DNA of 64,000 nt, from NCBI GenBank assembly GCA_029858305.1, contig JAOUFI010000002.1, positions 53,369-117,368 of the forward strand, read 5' to 3'. Made by a program: the position numbers and the translations under genes. The notes beneath the pieces are model-generated. The model was not told the DNA's origin. It did no database searches and worked only from the letters and a program-made list of their open reading frames with translations. Source of the DNA: Candidatus Thorarchaeota archaeon (lineage in GTDB: Archaea > Asgardarchaeota > Thorarchaeia > Thorarchaeales > Thorarchaeaceae). Positions 9,008-19,531 of this stretch are shown here, piece by piece; within the stretch, counting starts at the first letter, position 1, and each line of letters opens with the position of its first letter.

Positions 9008-10897
9008 TTGCTGCTAGGAGAACCTTCATCAATGAGTAGGTTTAGTGCCCTATCTATGAACCAGCTGTGGTTTGCGATAATGGTTTGCCTGATGCTGTTT
9101 ACGCCATCAGATTGCCAAGCTATTGTAAACACAGCAGAGGTAAGTATCACGTCAGAAGCCTCACAAATACCAGACCGCCGGATCTATGGAGAGAATATTG
9201 CATCAGAGGTATATGCAATTCCAACCTACACTGGATTTCAAGACCTGGTACATAAATTCACTGAGAATCATTCCAGATGGGTCATGGACCAGGCAATGGT
9301 CGATAGAGGAGCTAATATGTATGCTAGAAATTATATCGTTGAGCAGCTCAAAGATAGATCTTCGGGGCGTATTGAGGTGGAGATAATTGGTAATCACAAG
9401 AATGTAGTAGGTCGACTTCCAGGATATTTGCCAGGAGATGATAATCCAGTACTTGTAGTATCTGCCCATTATGATTCTGTAAAGGATTCAGACGGGGCTA
9501 ATGCCGATGGAAGTGGTATCGCGGTTGTCCTTGAGCTTGCATATGCAATGTCGCAATACATGTGGCCGCTGGATATCTACTTCATTGCGTTTAATGCACT
9601 CTATTCATTTCAATTCATGAGTGGTAGTCCGGAAGTAGCAAATGTGCTCCAACAAAGAGGAATTGATATTCTCGCCATGTACAATGTCGATACCATTCTA
9701 GTTACAGATTCAGCACTTCCCTCGGATGAACGAATCCAGATAGGCTATCTTTCAGGATCCGTTGAAACCTATCACCAAAGCAAATACTGGGGAGATCTAG
9801 CACGGATGATTAGCAATAACTATGGAATGAATTCATTCGTTCCGATTCCATCTGGTATATTCTACTTATGGGAAACCTCAGATCAGGAGGCATTCTATCA
9901 GCGCGGTTATAATAATATACTATGTGTCTTCGAATCAGGACTCGCAATAGATGGTAGCTATCACAATGTGAATGATCGATGGGACTATCGACAGCTAAAC
10001 TATAATCTAGGTAAGGAAACCGCAGCTGTCATTGGAGCCAGTATGGCTTTCACAATGGGTAGGAAATATGGAGAACCTGTCCAACTCAAATACAATTTTA
10101 TTATAGGTGGGGGCCGCATCGAGAAATTCTACATGGCAGTCACCACATCCACAATATTGAACATTACAGTTCGTTGGTTCGGTGGCTCAACCTCATACAA
10201 CGTGTACAATCCAAGTAATACTCTTGTAGCTAGCGCAATCTGTGATTATACTTCAGCCTGGGTTCCAACTAACATCCTGAATATACCTGTAACCGCTAAG
10301 GGTCTGTATGCTCTTGAAATTGAAAATACAAACTTTGTCAGTGTTGGTTATGAGTTGACTATTACGTATGATTCAGATATCGACGGTAACGGGATTCTGG
10401 ATAGCCAGGAATACTGGCTTGATGAGAGTCTGTTTGTGACAGACCAGGACAATGATGGTATCAGTGATGCAGAAGAGATATTCCTAGGGACAGATGGCAA
10501 TCAGGTTGATTCTGACGGCGATACGATGGATGACAAATACGAAGTTGACATGGGATTCGACCCCAATGATGCATCAGATGGAAATCTCGACGCTGACTCG
10601 GATGGACTAACAAATGCACAAGAGTACTCTGGGGGATTGAATCCGTTTTCATCTGATTCGGATGGTGACTCAATAGATGACCTATGGGAATTAGAGAATG
10701 GTCTTAATCCATTGATAGATGACGCAGCACTTGATCCTGATGGGGACGGGAGGACGAATCTTGAGGAGTATCTAGCCGGCACGAATCCGCAGATTGCAGA
10801 ATTCAGTTCACCTCCAATTCTTTTCATAGTCTCGCCAATTGCCATCGTTGCAACTATCGCAGGATTTGTTTACTTTCGAAATAGAAAATTTGTGTAG
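9008..10897 (+). CDS. Membrane-anchored M28 peptidase-like protein with TSP3-like Ca-binding repeats, predicted inactive (start probably ATG 9032)
   Basis: Signal peptide, [16 protein letters not shown] motif missing, DxDxDG repeats, C-terminal TM and basic tail. Confidence 0.8.
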   Translation: MLLGEPSSMSRFSALSMNQLWFAIMVCLMLFTPSDCQAIVNTAEVSITSEASQIPDRRIYGENIASEVYAIPTYTGFQDLVHKFTENHSRWVMDQAMVDRGANMYARNYIVEQLKDRSSGRIEVEIIGNHKNVVGRLPGYLPGDDNPVLVVSAHYDSVKDSDGANADGSGIAVVLELAYAMSQYMWPLDIYFIAFNALYSFQFMSGSPEVANVLQQRGIDILAMYNVDTILVTDSALPSDERIQIGYLSGSVETYHQSKYWGDLARMISNNYGMNSFVPIPSGIFYLWETSDQEAFYQRGYNNILCVFESGLAIDGSYHNVNDRWDYRQLNYNLGKETAAVIGASMAFTMGRKYGEPVQLKYNFIIGGGRIEKFYMAVTTSTILNITVRWFGGSTSYNVYNPSNTLVASAICDYTSAWVPTNILNIPVTAKGLYALEIENTNFVSVGYELTITYDSDIDGNGILDSQEYWLDESLFVTDQDNDGISDAEEIFLGTDGNQVDSDGDTMDDKYEVDMGFDPNDASDGNLDADSDGLTNAQEYSGGLNPFSSDSDGDSIDDLWELENGLNPLIDDAALDPDGDGRTNLEEYLAGTNPQIAEFSSPPILFIVSPIAIVATIAGFVYFRNRKFV

Positions 10898-10910
10898 ATA
10901 AAGAGGCGAG

Positions 10911-12728
10911 ATGATGAATAAGATTCTGTTAGGAGTGTTCATTTGTGTCTCACTTTTCTCAGCCTCATTTGGAGTTACAAGTTTTCCTCATTCTCAAAAG
11001 ACCATTGACACAGTATATACCGTTTCTGAGAACCTAGAGAGAGTCTATGGTGTTGACTACTCGAGAACCATTTTCCAAACAATTTCAGCGAATTCATTCA
11101 AAGATTATGTCATCAAGTTGACCGAGAACGGTTCTAGGTGGATTCAATCACCCACATTGATGAGCGAGGCTAATTCTGCTGCTAGGAATTGGATTGCCAA
11201 TGAGCTCATCGCAGTTTCTAACAGCAGAATAGAGGTCGAGGTTCTAGGAGAATATCATTCGGTTCTTGGGCGCCTACCTGGATACCTTCCAAACAATGCA
11301 CCCGCAATACTTGTCGGAGGTCATTATGATGGTCTCGCTGTTGGAGCTGGTGCAAATGATGATGGGAGTGGAGTAGCTGCCATCCTCGAGCTTGCTCGAG
11401 TCCTATCACAATACAACTGGCCACTTGACATTTATTTTGGAGCGTGGAATGCAGAAGAAATCGGATTATTGGGATCTGGTGAAGTAGCTCATATATTGAG
11501 CTTGAGAGGTGTTGAACTACTTGTTCACTATAATATCGATATGCTCTTGGTTCCCCATCCAGAGAGGCTATCTGTTTTAATGGCATATCCTGTTGGGTCA
11601 TATCATGATGGGAAGTATTGGGCGGATCTTCCCAGAGCATTGAGTAGCAATTATGGTCGTAATGGGATTGAACCGATAATCTCAAGTGATTTTTCTGGTT
11701 GGCAATCGTCCGACCATTGGCCATTCATCCAAAGGGGCTATCTGAGGTCTCTGTTTGCCCATGAGAGTGGATTTGCCTACGATTATGCATATCATACAAG
11801 CGGAGATGTGTGGAATAATCCACTCTATAATTATGGAGTAGCAATCGAGGGTGTAAAGGCAATCGGTGCAAGTATTGCTTTCACCATGGGAAGAGCATAC
11901 CAACAATTAATCCTTGAGAACCACAAGATAACTCTGAATCCGGGATCTCAGAAGAATTATTCAATAACTATCACAGGACAGACAATAATCAATGTTACAA
12001 GTCGATGGTGGGGTGGATCAATTTCATTCAAACTGTACAATCCGGAGAATCAACTTCTAAAAGAAGTAATACGAGATCAGACATCACCGTGGGAGATGTC
12101 AGTTGTCATTCAGCAGACTGTTAATACAGAAGGCGTTTACAAGTTGTTCGTTCTCAATCAGGGGAGTACTAGTACCGGATGTGATTTGACCTATGAATAT
12201 GACTCAGATATTGATGGAAATGATGTACCAGATAGCGAAGAGTTTTGGTTTGATGCAAGCTACTTCATGCTCGACAGTGATTTAGATACTCTCAGTGATG
12301 GGCAAGAAATGATACTCGGAACATCTTGGGTCAATGCGGATTCAGATTTTGATTCTATACCTGATAATTGGGAAATCAATTTTGGACTAAATCCACTGGA
12401 TCCCAGCGATGCATTAGGAGATGAGGATGGAGACACACTCACTAATTTGGAGGAGTATCAACATAACAGTAATCCACTTCTAGTTGATTCTGACTTCGAT
12501 CAAATGCCAGATGATTTTGAGGTTGCACACAATCTTAATCCAGCTGTCGATGATTCCCAAGAAGATCCTGATCAAGATTTAGTCTCGAATCTTGATGAAT
12601 ATCTTGAGGGGACAGATCCGCAGTATGCTGAGCTGCGCCTGGAGAGATTTGCCATACCCATCACAGGTCTTTTGATTGTGATTATCATTATAGCAGCTGG
12701 AATCGTTCTATGGAACAAGAAACGCTAG
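10911..12728 (+). CDS. Membrane-anchored M28 family peptidase with TSP3-like Ca-binding repeats
   Basis: GGHYD, GANDDGSG, AEEIGLLGS, NIDM, SDHWPF, YHTSGD all intact; DxDxD repeats; C-terminal TM. Confidence 0.9.
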   Translation: MMNKILLGVFICVSLFSASFGVTSFPHSQKTIDTVYTVSENLERVYGVDYSRTIFQTISANSFKDYVIKLTENGSRWIQSPTLMSEANSAARNWIANELIAVSNSRIEVEVLGEYHSVLGRLPGYLPNNAPAILVGGHYDGLAVGAGANDDGSGVAAILELARVLSQYNWPLDIYFGAWNAEEIGLLGSGEVAHILSLRGVELLVHYNIDMLLVPHPERLSVLMAYPVGSYHDGKYWADLPRALSSNYGRNGIEPIISSDFSGWQSSDHWPFIQRGYLRSLFAHESGFAYDYAYHTSGDVWNNPLYNYGVAIEGVKAIGASIAFTMGRAYQQLILENHKITLNPGSQKNYSITITGQTIINVTSRWWGGSISFKLYNPENQLLKEVIRDQTSPWEMSVVIQQTVNTEGVYKLFVLNQGSTSTGCDLTYEYDSDIDGNDVPDSEEFWFDASYFMLDSDLDTLSDGQEMILGTSWVNADSDFDSIPDNWEINFGLNPLDPSDALGDEDGDTLTNLEEYQHNSNPLLVDSDFDQMPDDFEVAHNLNPAVDDSQEDPDQDLVSNLDEYLEGTDPQYAELRLERFAIPITGLLIVIIIIAAGIVLWNKKR

Positions 12729-12800
12729 GTAAAAAGGGTACACTCGATAAACATTCAAAACTAGGATATCCTTAACGAAAGATGGGACTGGTGCACGTTT

Positions 12801-13913
12801 TTGTCAGAACATGGGAAGAAACCTCTTAGATTAATTGAGATACAAGAGAGTGTGCTTCCTGAAGATGAGTGGATTATTGGCATTTCCATTCTCGACTATT
12901 TCAATGGCGTGGGGTACTCAATGCCAAGCAGCATGAGATTGGACCGAAATCTTTTGCAGGATACAGGTTTACTTACTGGGGGTATACTAACATCAGATCT
13001 CACAGCAAGCTCAAACATCGATGATCAATTAAAAACCGAATCCGTAGAAAACGAAGAGGAGGATAGCCTCCTTTCAGGAATCTACAAACATGAAACCGAC
13101 CCAGTTAAAGCTTCAAGTAGAATAGAAAACAAGGGGCTTCATATTGATTTTCCTCAAAGTTCAATGATTATTGAGAGTTTATTAAATAGTAATGAAACTG
13201 CCAACCTGTATGCATTCCTGCCTGGTATCTTCTATTGTTCAGGACAACAGACATCAGTTGATGCGGTCTTGATAGAAGTGACTCAAACTCAACGATTCGG
13301 GATGACCTTATCGAGTTTCCGCCCAGAAGATGTTCGAGCTCTTGATGTCAGCGAGGGATTTGTGTTCAATGAGGATGGCGGTAAAAGATCTGTCAAGGTT
13401 ACCTTGGACACATTAGGAAGCTTTCATTTTGAAGATTTTCTCAAAGACTCTGGCTTATCAACCGAGATTATGAGCTACTCCAAAGAAGTAGAATTGGCAA
13501 AACGTCTAGCAGGTCTAATCTCCTTTGCGGAGCTTATGAGAGCTTATGCTTCTAGTTCGTTTCTTCGGTCTAGACTTGTGAAACTCTTAGATGATATAGA
13601 CTTCTTTGGGCTAGCACCACGTCGACGAATCTATGTGAGAAATGAGAAACACCCGTATGGTAGAGTAGTCGAAGTCAATTATCGAGGATTTGATTCTGTT
13701 CTCAATCTTGGAGTTGAATCGGGAATCTCATGTGCTGATGAAATCGATCTTGAACATCAATTGAACAATCTTGTTTTCACGAAACTCATGGGCACCGGGA
13801 TTGAAACAGACGTAGAAGTTGCAATAATGGAAATGTTCCAACTAATCGAAGCTGGATTCAAGGGCAAGGTATCACATAGAGAAGTGTTGAACACGCTCTC
13901 AAGGGAGGACTAG
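12801..13913 (+). CDS. Hypothetical protein
   Basis: 370-aa ORF with protein-like composition, no recognised motif. Confidence 0.7.
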   Translation: MSEHGKKPLRLIEIQESVLPEDEWIIGISILDYFNGVGYSMPSSMRLDRNLLQDTGLLTGGILTSDLTASSNIDDQLKTESVENEEEDSLLSGIYKHETDPVKASSRIENKGLHIDFPQSSMIIESLLNSNETANLYAFLPGIFYCSGQQTSVDAVLIEVTQTQRFGMTLSSFRPEDVRALDVSEGFVFNEDGGKRSVKVTLDTLGSFHFEDFLKDSGLSTEIMSYSKEVELAKRLAGLISFAELMRAYASSSFLRSRLVKLLDDIDFFGLAPRRRIYVRNEKHPYGRVVEVNYRGFDSVLNLGVESGISCADEIDLEHQLNNLVFTKLMGTGIETDVEVAIMEMFQLIEAGFKGKVSHREVLNTLSRED

Positions 13914-13915
13914 AG

Positions 13916-15451
13916 ATGAAAGAACTGACTGAAGTAGCCAAAATGATTGTCAACAATCTTCATCTAAGCCTAGTCTTCAAGACCATTTCAGAGTATCAAA
14001 AAAAGGACGCATTTGAGATTCGGGATGAATTAGGATTAGCTAGTTATTCTGAAATATCAACTAATCCATTTGACCTACTTGAAACAGTAAAGCGACACAT
14101 CCTTACAAGAGCCTTCCAAGATAAGGAAAAGGTAGAATTTCTCATGACAGTACAGTCATGGGCAGGCTTCAAACCAAACCGCGCATATCTTGAAACTGGA
14201 GACCAAGCAATTCTTGCAGGAAAACGTAGTGCACTAGCTATTCTATGGGTTATGATATTACCCAAGGTAGCTGTGAGTCCCACGATACTCCCAAGTGATA
14301 TCGAAAATCAGGGTTTGGTAACTCTGGTGGAGAGTATATTATTATCAGACGAGTCTCGAGCTGAACTCAATCAGGTCGTTTCGCTCGAAATGATCAATAG
14401 GGGTTTTATTGAGGAGTATTTTGACATTAATGGAATTGAGAGTGGTTTTGCGATCGATGATTCTATGAGAAGAAGCAGGTTGCGAACGATGCTTGCACTC
14501 ATGTTGATGAAAGGTTCGGATTTCCCGTTTAATCTTGATGAAGTATTCAATCTTCCAGAACACAGACTCATTGAAGAAACCGCCCTGTATATAATGACTA
14601 AGCAGGCAATGGCATCTCTATCATACCAAATTTCCGGAAGCGGATCAAGTAGACCTTTTGACTGGCCACTTGTAGGCACAGCAAGGGTATTTTCAAGATT
14701 GATGCTGACTCTTGATGTACTTAGGAAATTTGCGTCTAAGATGACGACATGTTCACTCTTCAAATCGGTAGCACAAGGATCGCAACGGGTATGGACAGAG
14801 TGGGAGTTCACATCATACCTCATCAAAGAGATTACGGATTATTATGCCAGCCTCCTCAGAGAGCGTCCGAGTAAGGGAAAGAACGAAGAACTTGATGCCT
14901 TTGTAGATATTTTGAAGGGAGAAAATATCGAGATTACGACTTCTATCATGGAGTCGGATGATAAAGCTTTAACAATTTATGAAGAATTATCAGATTGTAA
15001 GAGAAGAGCACAAATTGGTGAAAAGCCACAAATCTCTCCAGAACGTCGTTTTCGGGTTGTTCTCTCCAATCTAAAGCAACAACTTACGGAAGCTCGCACT
15101 TATGCATTGGCTGCTGACGAACTTGTTGAGGAAATAGTAGATGCGTTTGATGCCATTGCAGAGTTGATTGAGAAACATATAGACTCACTAGGCTCGGAAG
15201 TGGACAAATTTACTGAGGAAATCTGCTTCGAAACCTCATTTCGTATCCTTGAAATTCTAAACCTTGGAGCATCGCTCAATAATCTTCCTTGGGTTTCAAG
15301 ATTCATCGCAGAGGAAGCAACAAGAACAAGCATAGCCCGAGGTGATATTGAAAGCCTTGAAGAACAACATAGGATGAAACGTATTGTTTCTGCCTTTGCA
15401 GGTGGCGTAGCATACTTAGTCCTCCAAGCCCAGAGAAAAGACTTGGAGTGA
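13916..15451 (+). CDS. Hypothetical, largely alpha-helical protein
   Basis: 511-aa ORF starting 2 nt after the upstream stop; Leu/Glu-rich. Confidence 0.75.
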   Translation: MKELTEVAKMIVNNLHLSLVFKTISEYQKKDAFEIRDELGLASYSEISTNPFDLLETVKRHILTRAFQDKEKVEFLMTVQSWAGFKPNRAYLETGDQAILAGKRSALAILWVMILPKVAVSPTILPSDIENQGLVTLVESILLSDESRAELNQVVSLEMINRGFIEEYFDINGIESGFAIDDSMRRSRLRTMLALMLMKGSDFPFNLDEVFNLPEHRLIEETALYIMTKQAMASLSYQISGSGSSRPFDWPLVGTARVFSRLMLTLDVLRKFASKMTTCSLFKSVAQGSQRVWTEWEFTSYLIKEITDYYASLLRERPSKGKNEELDAFVDILKGENIEITTSIMESDDKALTIYEELSDCKRRAQIGEKPQISPERRFRVVLSNLKQQLTEARTYALAADELVEEIVDAFDAIAELIEKHIDSLGSEVDKFTEEICFETSFRILEILNLGASLNNLPWVSRFIAEEATRTSIARGDIESLEEQHRMKRIVSAFAGGVAYLVLQAQRKDLE

Positions 15452-15452
15452 G

Positions 15453-16367
15453 CTAAGTAAAGGCGCGCATAATGACATCCCATCGGTGTTGGATGAAGTC
15501 TTCAAACTCATTGATCTTCTTTTCGTCACGCTTTGGCTTGAATAGATGTGAAAATCGACCTTGCATCTTGAGAAACTCATCAACGGGTTTTCTCTTCTCA
15601 GGATCTTGGAATCGCTTACTCTCTCTCCCTAGGATGAATTCCTCACCAATACGTTCCCATTGTATCCAATATCCAGTTTCAACTGCCAACTTGCCAATCT
15701 CAACGCCTTGTTCGACAGGGTAATTCCAAGCCTGAGGACAGGGAAGAAAAATATGGCCAAATTTTGGACCTGGATACTCAAGTGCTTTCTTGAATTTATC
15801 ATACAGGTCTCTGGGATAGGCAGTATTAGCAGTAAACTGATAGACGGGTTCATGAGCTGAAACAATAAGATCAATCATCTTCTCCGGCTCAGTCTTCCCA
15901 CGCCAAGTTGTTGTCGTCTGAGCGTGCAATGGAGTGGCTCCAGAGCGTTGTGTTCCTGTATTGCTGTATACTTGGTTATTATAGCAGATATAGAGGAAAT
16001 CAGTCCTTCGTTCGAGCGCGCCGCTAAGGGCCTGAATGCCTATATCGAAAGTCCCGCCATCTCCAGCCCATACCATGACCATTGTAGTATCATTCCCCTT
16101 TGCCTTAAGAGCTGCTTTCACTCCAGAGGCAGTAGCGGCTGCGGCCATGAAAGCGGTATTCAGAACTGGTATCGCAAGTCCACTCTTTGGCCATAGTGAC
16201 TGCACAACGCTAGTACAGCATGCTGGGACGACCTGAATAACATCACCTTCAAGCGCCTTATGAGCGTGTCTTAATGCAACCATATCCTGACAACCTGCAC
16301 ATGCAGCATTTCCTTTCAGTACATATTCCTTGAGTGGCATTTCTCGTGTTGCTACCATTGTTATCAC
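15453..16367 (-). CDS. porB: Pyruvate/2-oxoacid:ferredoxin oxidoreductase beta subunit
   Basis: ACAGC, GDGGTFDIG.QALSG TPP motif, NNQVYSNTG.QRS, PCPQAW. Confidence 0.9.
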   Translation of the reverse strand: MITMVATREMPLKEYVLKGNAACAGCQDMVALRHAHKALEGDVIQVVPACCTSVVQSLWPKSGLAIPVLNTAFMAAAATASGVKAALKAKGNDTTMVMVWAGDGGTFDIGIQALSGALERRTDFLYICYNNQVYSNTGTQRSGATPLHAQTTTTWRGKTEPEKMIDLIVSAHEPVYQFTANTAYPRDLYDKFKKALEYPGPKFGHIFLPCPQAWNYPVEQGVEIGKLAVETGYWIQWERIGEEFILGRESKRFQDPEKRKPVDEFLKMQGRFSHLFKPKRDEKKINEFEDFIQHRWDVIMRAFT

Positions 16368-17542
16368 TCCATTAAATCATGCCAGGTCTCCTCAGGACCC
16401 AAATCACCGCTTTCTACAGCTTTGTAAGTATCCTTAATTACTTCCTTAATATCGGTGACAGTCATATCGCGACCACCGAGACCGCCAATGTAACTCTTAA
16501 TCATCGGACGATACTTCGTATGATACATTGATGCACGAATATCATTAGCTACGGGGCCTCCGAATCCATAAGAAACTCCTCTGTCAAAGCTGGCAAAGCC
16601 CTTCACATGGCTACCAAGTTCTCGTATCTTATCAACAGGGAATGGACGAATCATACGTACTCTTGCATTTCCAACCCTGTAGCCCTCATCACGGAGTTCA
16701 TCTACTGCATCCTTAGCCTCAGCCGCAATGGATCCCTGTGAGGTGAATACAACTTCTGCATCATCGCACTTGTAGCAGTCAATAGGACCTCCGAAGTACT
16801 TCCCGAAGAGATTCTTGTAATCCTTTTCAACCTCCTCATAGACTTTCAGAGCATTCTGTGTACCTTCATGCATCATATACCGGAATTCTTGATAGTACTC
16901 GGGAAATACTATGTTTCCGTGAGATACAGGATTAGCTGGATCCATGATCCAGTGGGGGGGTGAATATGGAGGTAAGAACTTGTCAACTTCTTCTGGTTCT
17001 AGGTAATCGAACGATGACAATGTATGGCTCAATACGAATCCATCAGAGTTGATCATTACTGGCATGAGTACTCGCTCATCTTCAGCAAGTTTGAATGATT
17101 GGATAATTGTATGGTAGAGCTCGTCAACACTTGATACATAGAACTGAATCCAGCCCGTATCACGCTTTGAATAAGAATCGTCATGGGTCACGTGAATATT
17201 CCAGCTTGGAGATACCGATCGATTGATGTTGTTTATCACAATGGGTAGTCTCGCTGCTGCAGCCCAATGAAGTCCCTCATCCATTAGAAGAAGTCCATTG
17301 GATGAAGTAGCAGTGAATGCACGGGCACCTGTGGAGCTTGCTCCGATACATGCAAAAATCGCAGAATGTTCGGATTCTACACGGATGAATTGACCGGTAT
17401 AGAAACCATCTTCATTGAGAAGTGCAATCTGCTCCGGCACTGTCGTAGCCGGTGTAATTGGATACGCTGCTACAACCTCAACACGTGCAGAGATAACTGA
17501 ACGCGCTGCAGCATAGTTCGCACTCATAAGTTCTGTCTTCAA
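16364..17542 (-). CDS. porA: Pyruvate/2-oxoacid:ferredoxin oxidoreductase alpha subunit
   Basis: AAYPITP, VESEHSA, ATSSNGL, DGFVLSHT, GLGGRD. Confidence 0.9.
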   Translation of the reverse strand: MKTELMSANYAAARSVISARVEVVAAYPITPATTVPEQIALLNEDGFYTGQFIRVESEHSAIFACIGASSTGARAFTATSSNGLLLMDEGLHWAAAARLPIVINNINRSVSPSWNIHVTHDDSYSKRDTGWIQFYVSSVDELYHTIIQSFKLAEDERVLMPVMINSDGFVLSHTLSSFDYLEPEEVDKFLPPYSPPHWIMDPANPVSHGNIVFPEYYQEFRYMMHEGTQNALKVYEEVEKDYKNLFGKYFGGPIDCYKCDDAEVVFTSQGSIAAEAKDAVDELRDEGYRVGNARVRMIRPFPVDKIRELGSHVKGFASFDRGVSYGFGGPVANDIRASMYHTKYRPMIKSYIGGLGGRDMTVTDIKEVIKDTYKAVESGDLGPEETWHDLME

Positions 17543-17859
17543 ACCTCACCAGTCCTCCTCTTACGCTCATCCGTGCGCACCATCTCGATACACTGTTTTG
17601 GACAGACTTGTGCGCAAATTCCGCACCCCTTGCAGTAATCGTAATCCGTATGAGGAGTTCCATCCTCATCTAAGCTTATCACAGCCTCAGGGCAGTGTAG
17701 CCAGCATGTCCGGCATCTGTTGCACTCGTCATAATCTACCACTGGGTCGAAAGTCCGCCAGCTACCGGTCTCACCCGTAGCTCCAACCATGGGTTTGGAG
17801 TAGGATGTCTTTGGCATCTCTTTCCTGCTCTTAGGCTCAGTATTAACTTCATTTACCAA
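17539..17859 (-). CDS. porD: 2-oxoacid:ferredoxin oxidoreductase delta subunit (2x4Fe-4S)
   Basis: TGSWRT..P, CNRCRTC...CP, DYDYCKGCGICAQVCP. Confidence 0.9.
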   Translation of the reverse strand: MVNEVNTEPKSRKEMPKTSYSKPMVGATGETGSWRTFDPVVDYDECNRCRTCWLHCPEAVISLDEDGTPHTDYDYCKGCGICAQVCPKQCIEMVRTDERKRRTGEV

Positions 17860-18008
17860 CCAGAAACACGTCCGCTGTGAGCCGTCTAGCTCGCAAGCCC
17901 GAGACGTGCAATTAAGCGTTATGATGTAGGTTATTAATTATACCCAGCTACTTCTGCCACTTTGCTTATTTAGAAAAAGATATTCAGATAGCTAAACGCG
18001 ACGGAGGC

Positions 18009-18821
18009 GTGATATCTATGGAATTCACAATGACCCTTGTTCAGTTGATGTGCGAGGAGGGAAACAGGAAGTTCAACTTTGAACAAGCAGAAGGACTCTT
18101 GAGAGAATACAAGAACCTAGGAGGTGTGCAATTCATTGTGTTTCCCGAGCTCTTTGCTATTGGATTCAGGCATGAAGACTACGAACAGCAAGGACCTGGA
18201 ATACCAGGACCAACGAGCAAATTCATTTGCAAAATCGCAAAGAAATTTGGAGCTTATGTCTTTGGAACTGATATTGAGAGAGGTGAACAAAGATACTACA
18301 ATACTCTGGTGGGTGCTGGACCATCAGGTGATGTGATAGGGACATATAGGAAGATACACCCTTTCCAAGAGGAGCGTGATGTCTTTAATGGAGGAGAGTC
18401 AATCGTATTAATGGAGTGTGGTGGTATCAAGGTCGGAGTGCAAATCTGCTATGACATCAGATTTCCTGAATTATCTCGAAAACTAGCAATTGAGGGAGCA
18501 GAGATACTAATCATTCCAGCAGCATTTCCAGATCCTAGAAGTACTCATTGGAATACATTGATTCAAGCAAGAGCCATTGAAAACCAGCTCTATGTCGCAG
18601 CAGCAAACCGGATTGGATTCGGATTCGATAAGAAGATATACTTTGGTCATAGTCAAGTTGTGGATCCATGGGGTGTCATATTGACACGACGTAGCTCAGA
18701 ATATCGCATTATTCAAGTTACTGGAGACACTCAGATGATTAATTCTGTTCGGGAACAGATAACTTGCTATGCTGATAGATCTCCGATTGGCTATAACAAA
18801 GTTGAATGGTTTCGGGAATAG
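18009..18821 (+). CDS. Carbon-nitrogen hydrolase (nitrilase/omega-amidase family)
   Basis: E-K-C triad motifs FPELF, YRKIHPF, ICYDIRFPE; ARAIENQ, GHSQVVDPWG. Confidence 0.9.
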   Translation: MISMEFTMTLVQLMCEEGNRKFNFEQAEGLLREYKNLGGVQFIVFPELFAIGFRHEDYEQQGPGIPGPTSKFICKIAKKFGAYVFGTDIERGEQRYYNTLVGAGPSGDVIGTYRKIHPFQEERDVFNGGESIVLMECGGIKVGVQICYDIRFPELSRKLAIEGAEILIIPAAFPDPRSTHWNTLIQARAIENQLYVAAANRIGFGFDKKIYFGHSQVVDPWGVILTRRSSEYRIIQVTGDTQMINSVREQITCYADRSPIGYNKVEWFRE

Positions 18822-18859
18822 CACAACCGTTAAGTGAGAAGCCATCCCTGCGGTAGACA

Positions 18860-19384
18860 ATGGAGGAGCAATATGTGGATGAAACTGAACTGCTGAAAAA
18901 CACAATTCGGGAATGGTTCTCGCGAGAGGGCACTAAAGTTGAGAGCATCTCAGATCCAAGAGCTGCGTTTCTGTACAAAGTAAAGTTCATGCGGTTCTTC
19001 TTCACAGTTGTGCGTCCAAATGACCAGAGGTATGTTCAGGTCGAGTCCCAAATCATGATTTCTCCGCAGCATCAAAAGCTCCTGACAGCTGAGAAGCTAC
19101 GAGAGTTCCAGATGCAGGCTCTAAAGTTCAGCTTCACACAGAGTGTAAATCTAGGTTTTATTCAACCAAAGCCAGGGCAACCAGGTCCGCAGCCTCCGGG
19201 ACCGGGCTTTGTTATATCAGATAGACTCTATGATGATGCATTCTCTGAACAGAATCTTTGGAAGACCATGCGGAGGCTTCATAGTGCGATAGACATGGTC
19301 ATTGCGATCCTCAATGATATAACTGGACAACCAGGACAGAAAACAGCAGACGCCACGGATGCAGGACCATCATATTATACTTAG
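18860..19384 (+). CDS. DUF2299-like protein
   Basis: I.EWF..EG..V....P.A.F and I.ISPQHQ pattern; carries a Pro/Gly/Gln-rich insert. Confidence 0.55.
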   Translation: MEEQYVDETELLKNTIREWFSREGTKVESISDPRAAFLYKVKFMRFFFTVVRPNDQRYVQVESQIMISPQHQKLLTAEKLREFQMQALKFSFTQSVNLGFIQPKPGQPGPQPPGPGFVISDRLYDDAFSEQNLWKTMRRLHSAIDMVIAILNDITGQPGQKTADATDAGPSYYT

Positions 19385-19531
19385 AATACATTCTCGATTT
19401 ATCGACCGGATACAATCCACAGCATGTTGATATATGTAATTTACATAGAAAATTGTATAGGATGCTACAATGAAGGATAGCTCTTTTACTTGAGTTGTTT
19501 GTAGTTGACGAAAAGTAAGAGATTTTCAAAA

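Noticed and set aside
10370-12630. Periodic Asp-rich repeats considered as a CRISPR-like or DNA repeat array
   Set aside because: Similarity is at protein level only (TSP3-like DxDxDG); no constant nucleotide repeat with spacers and no cas genes.
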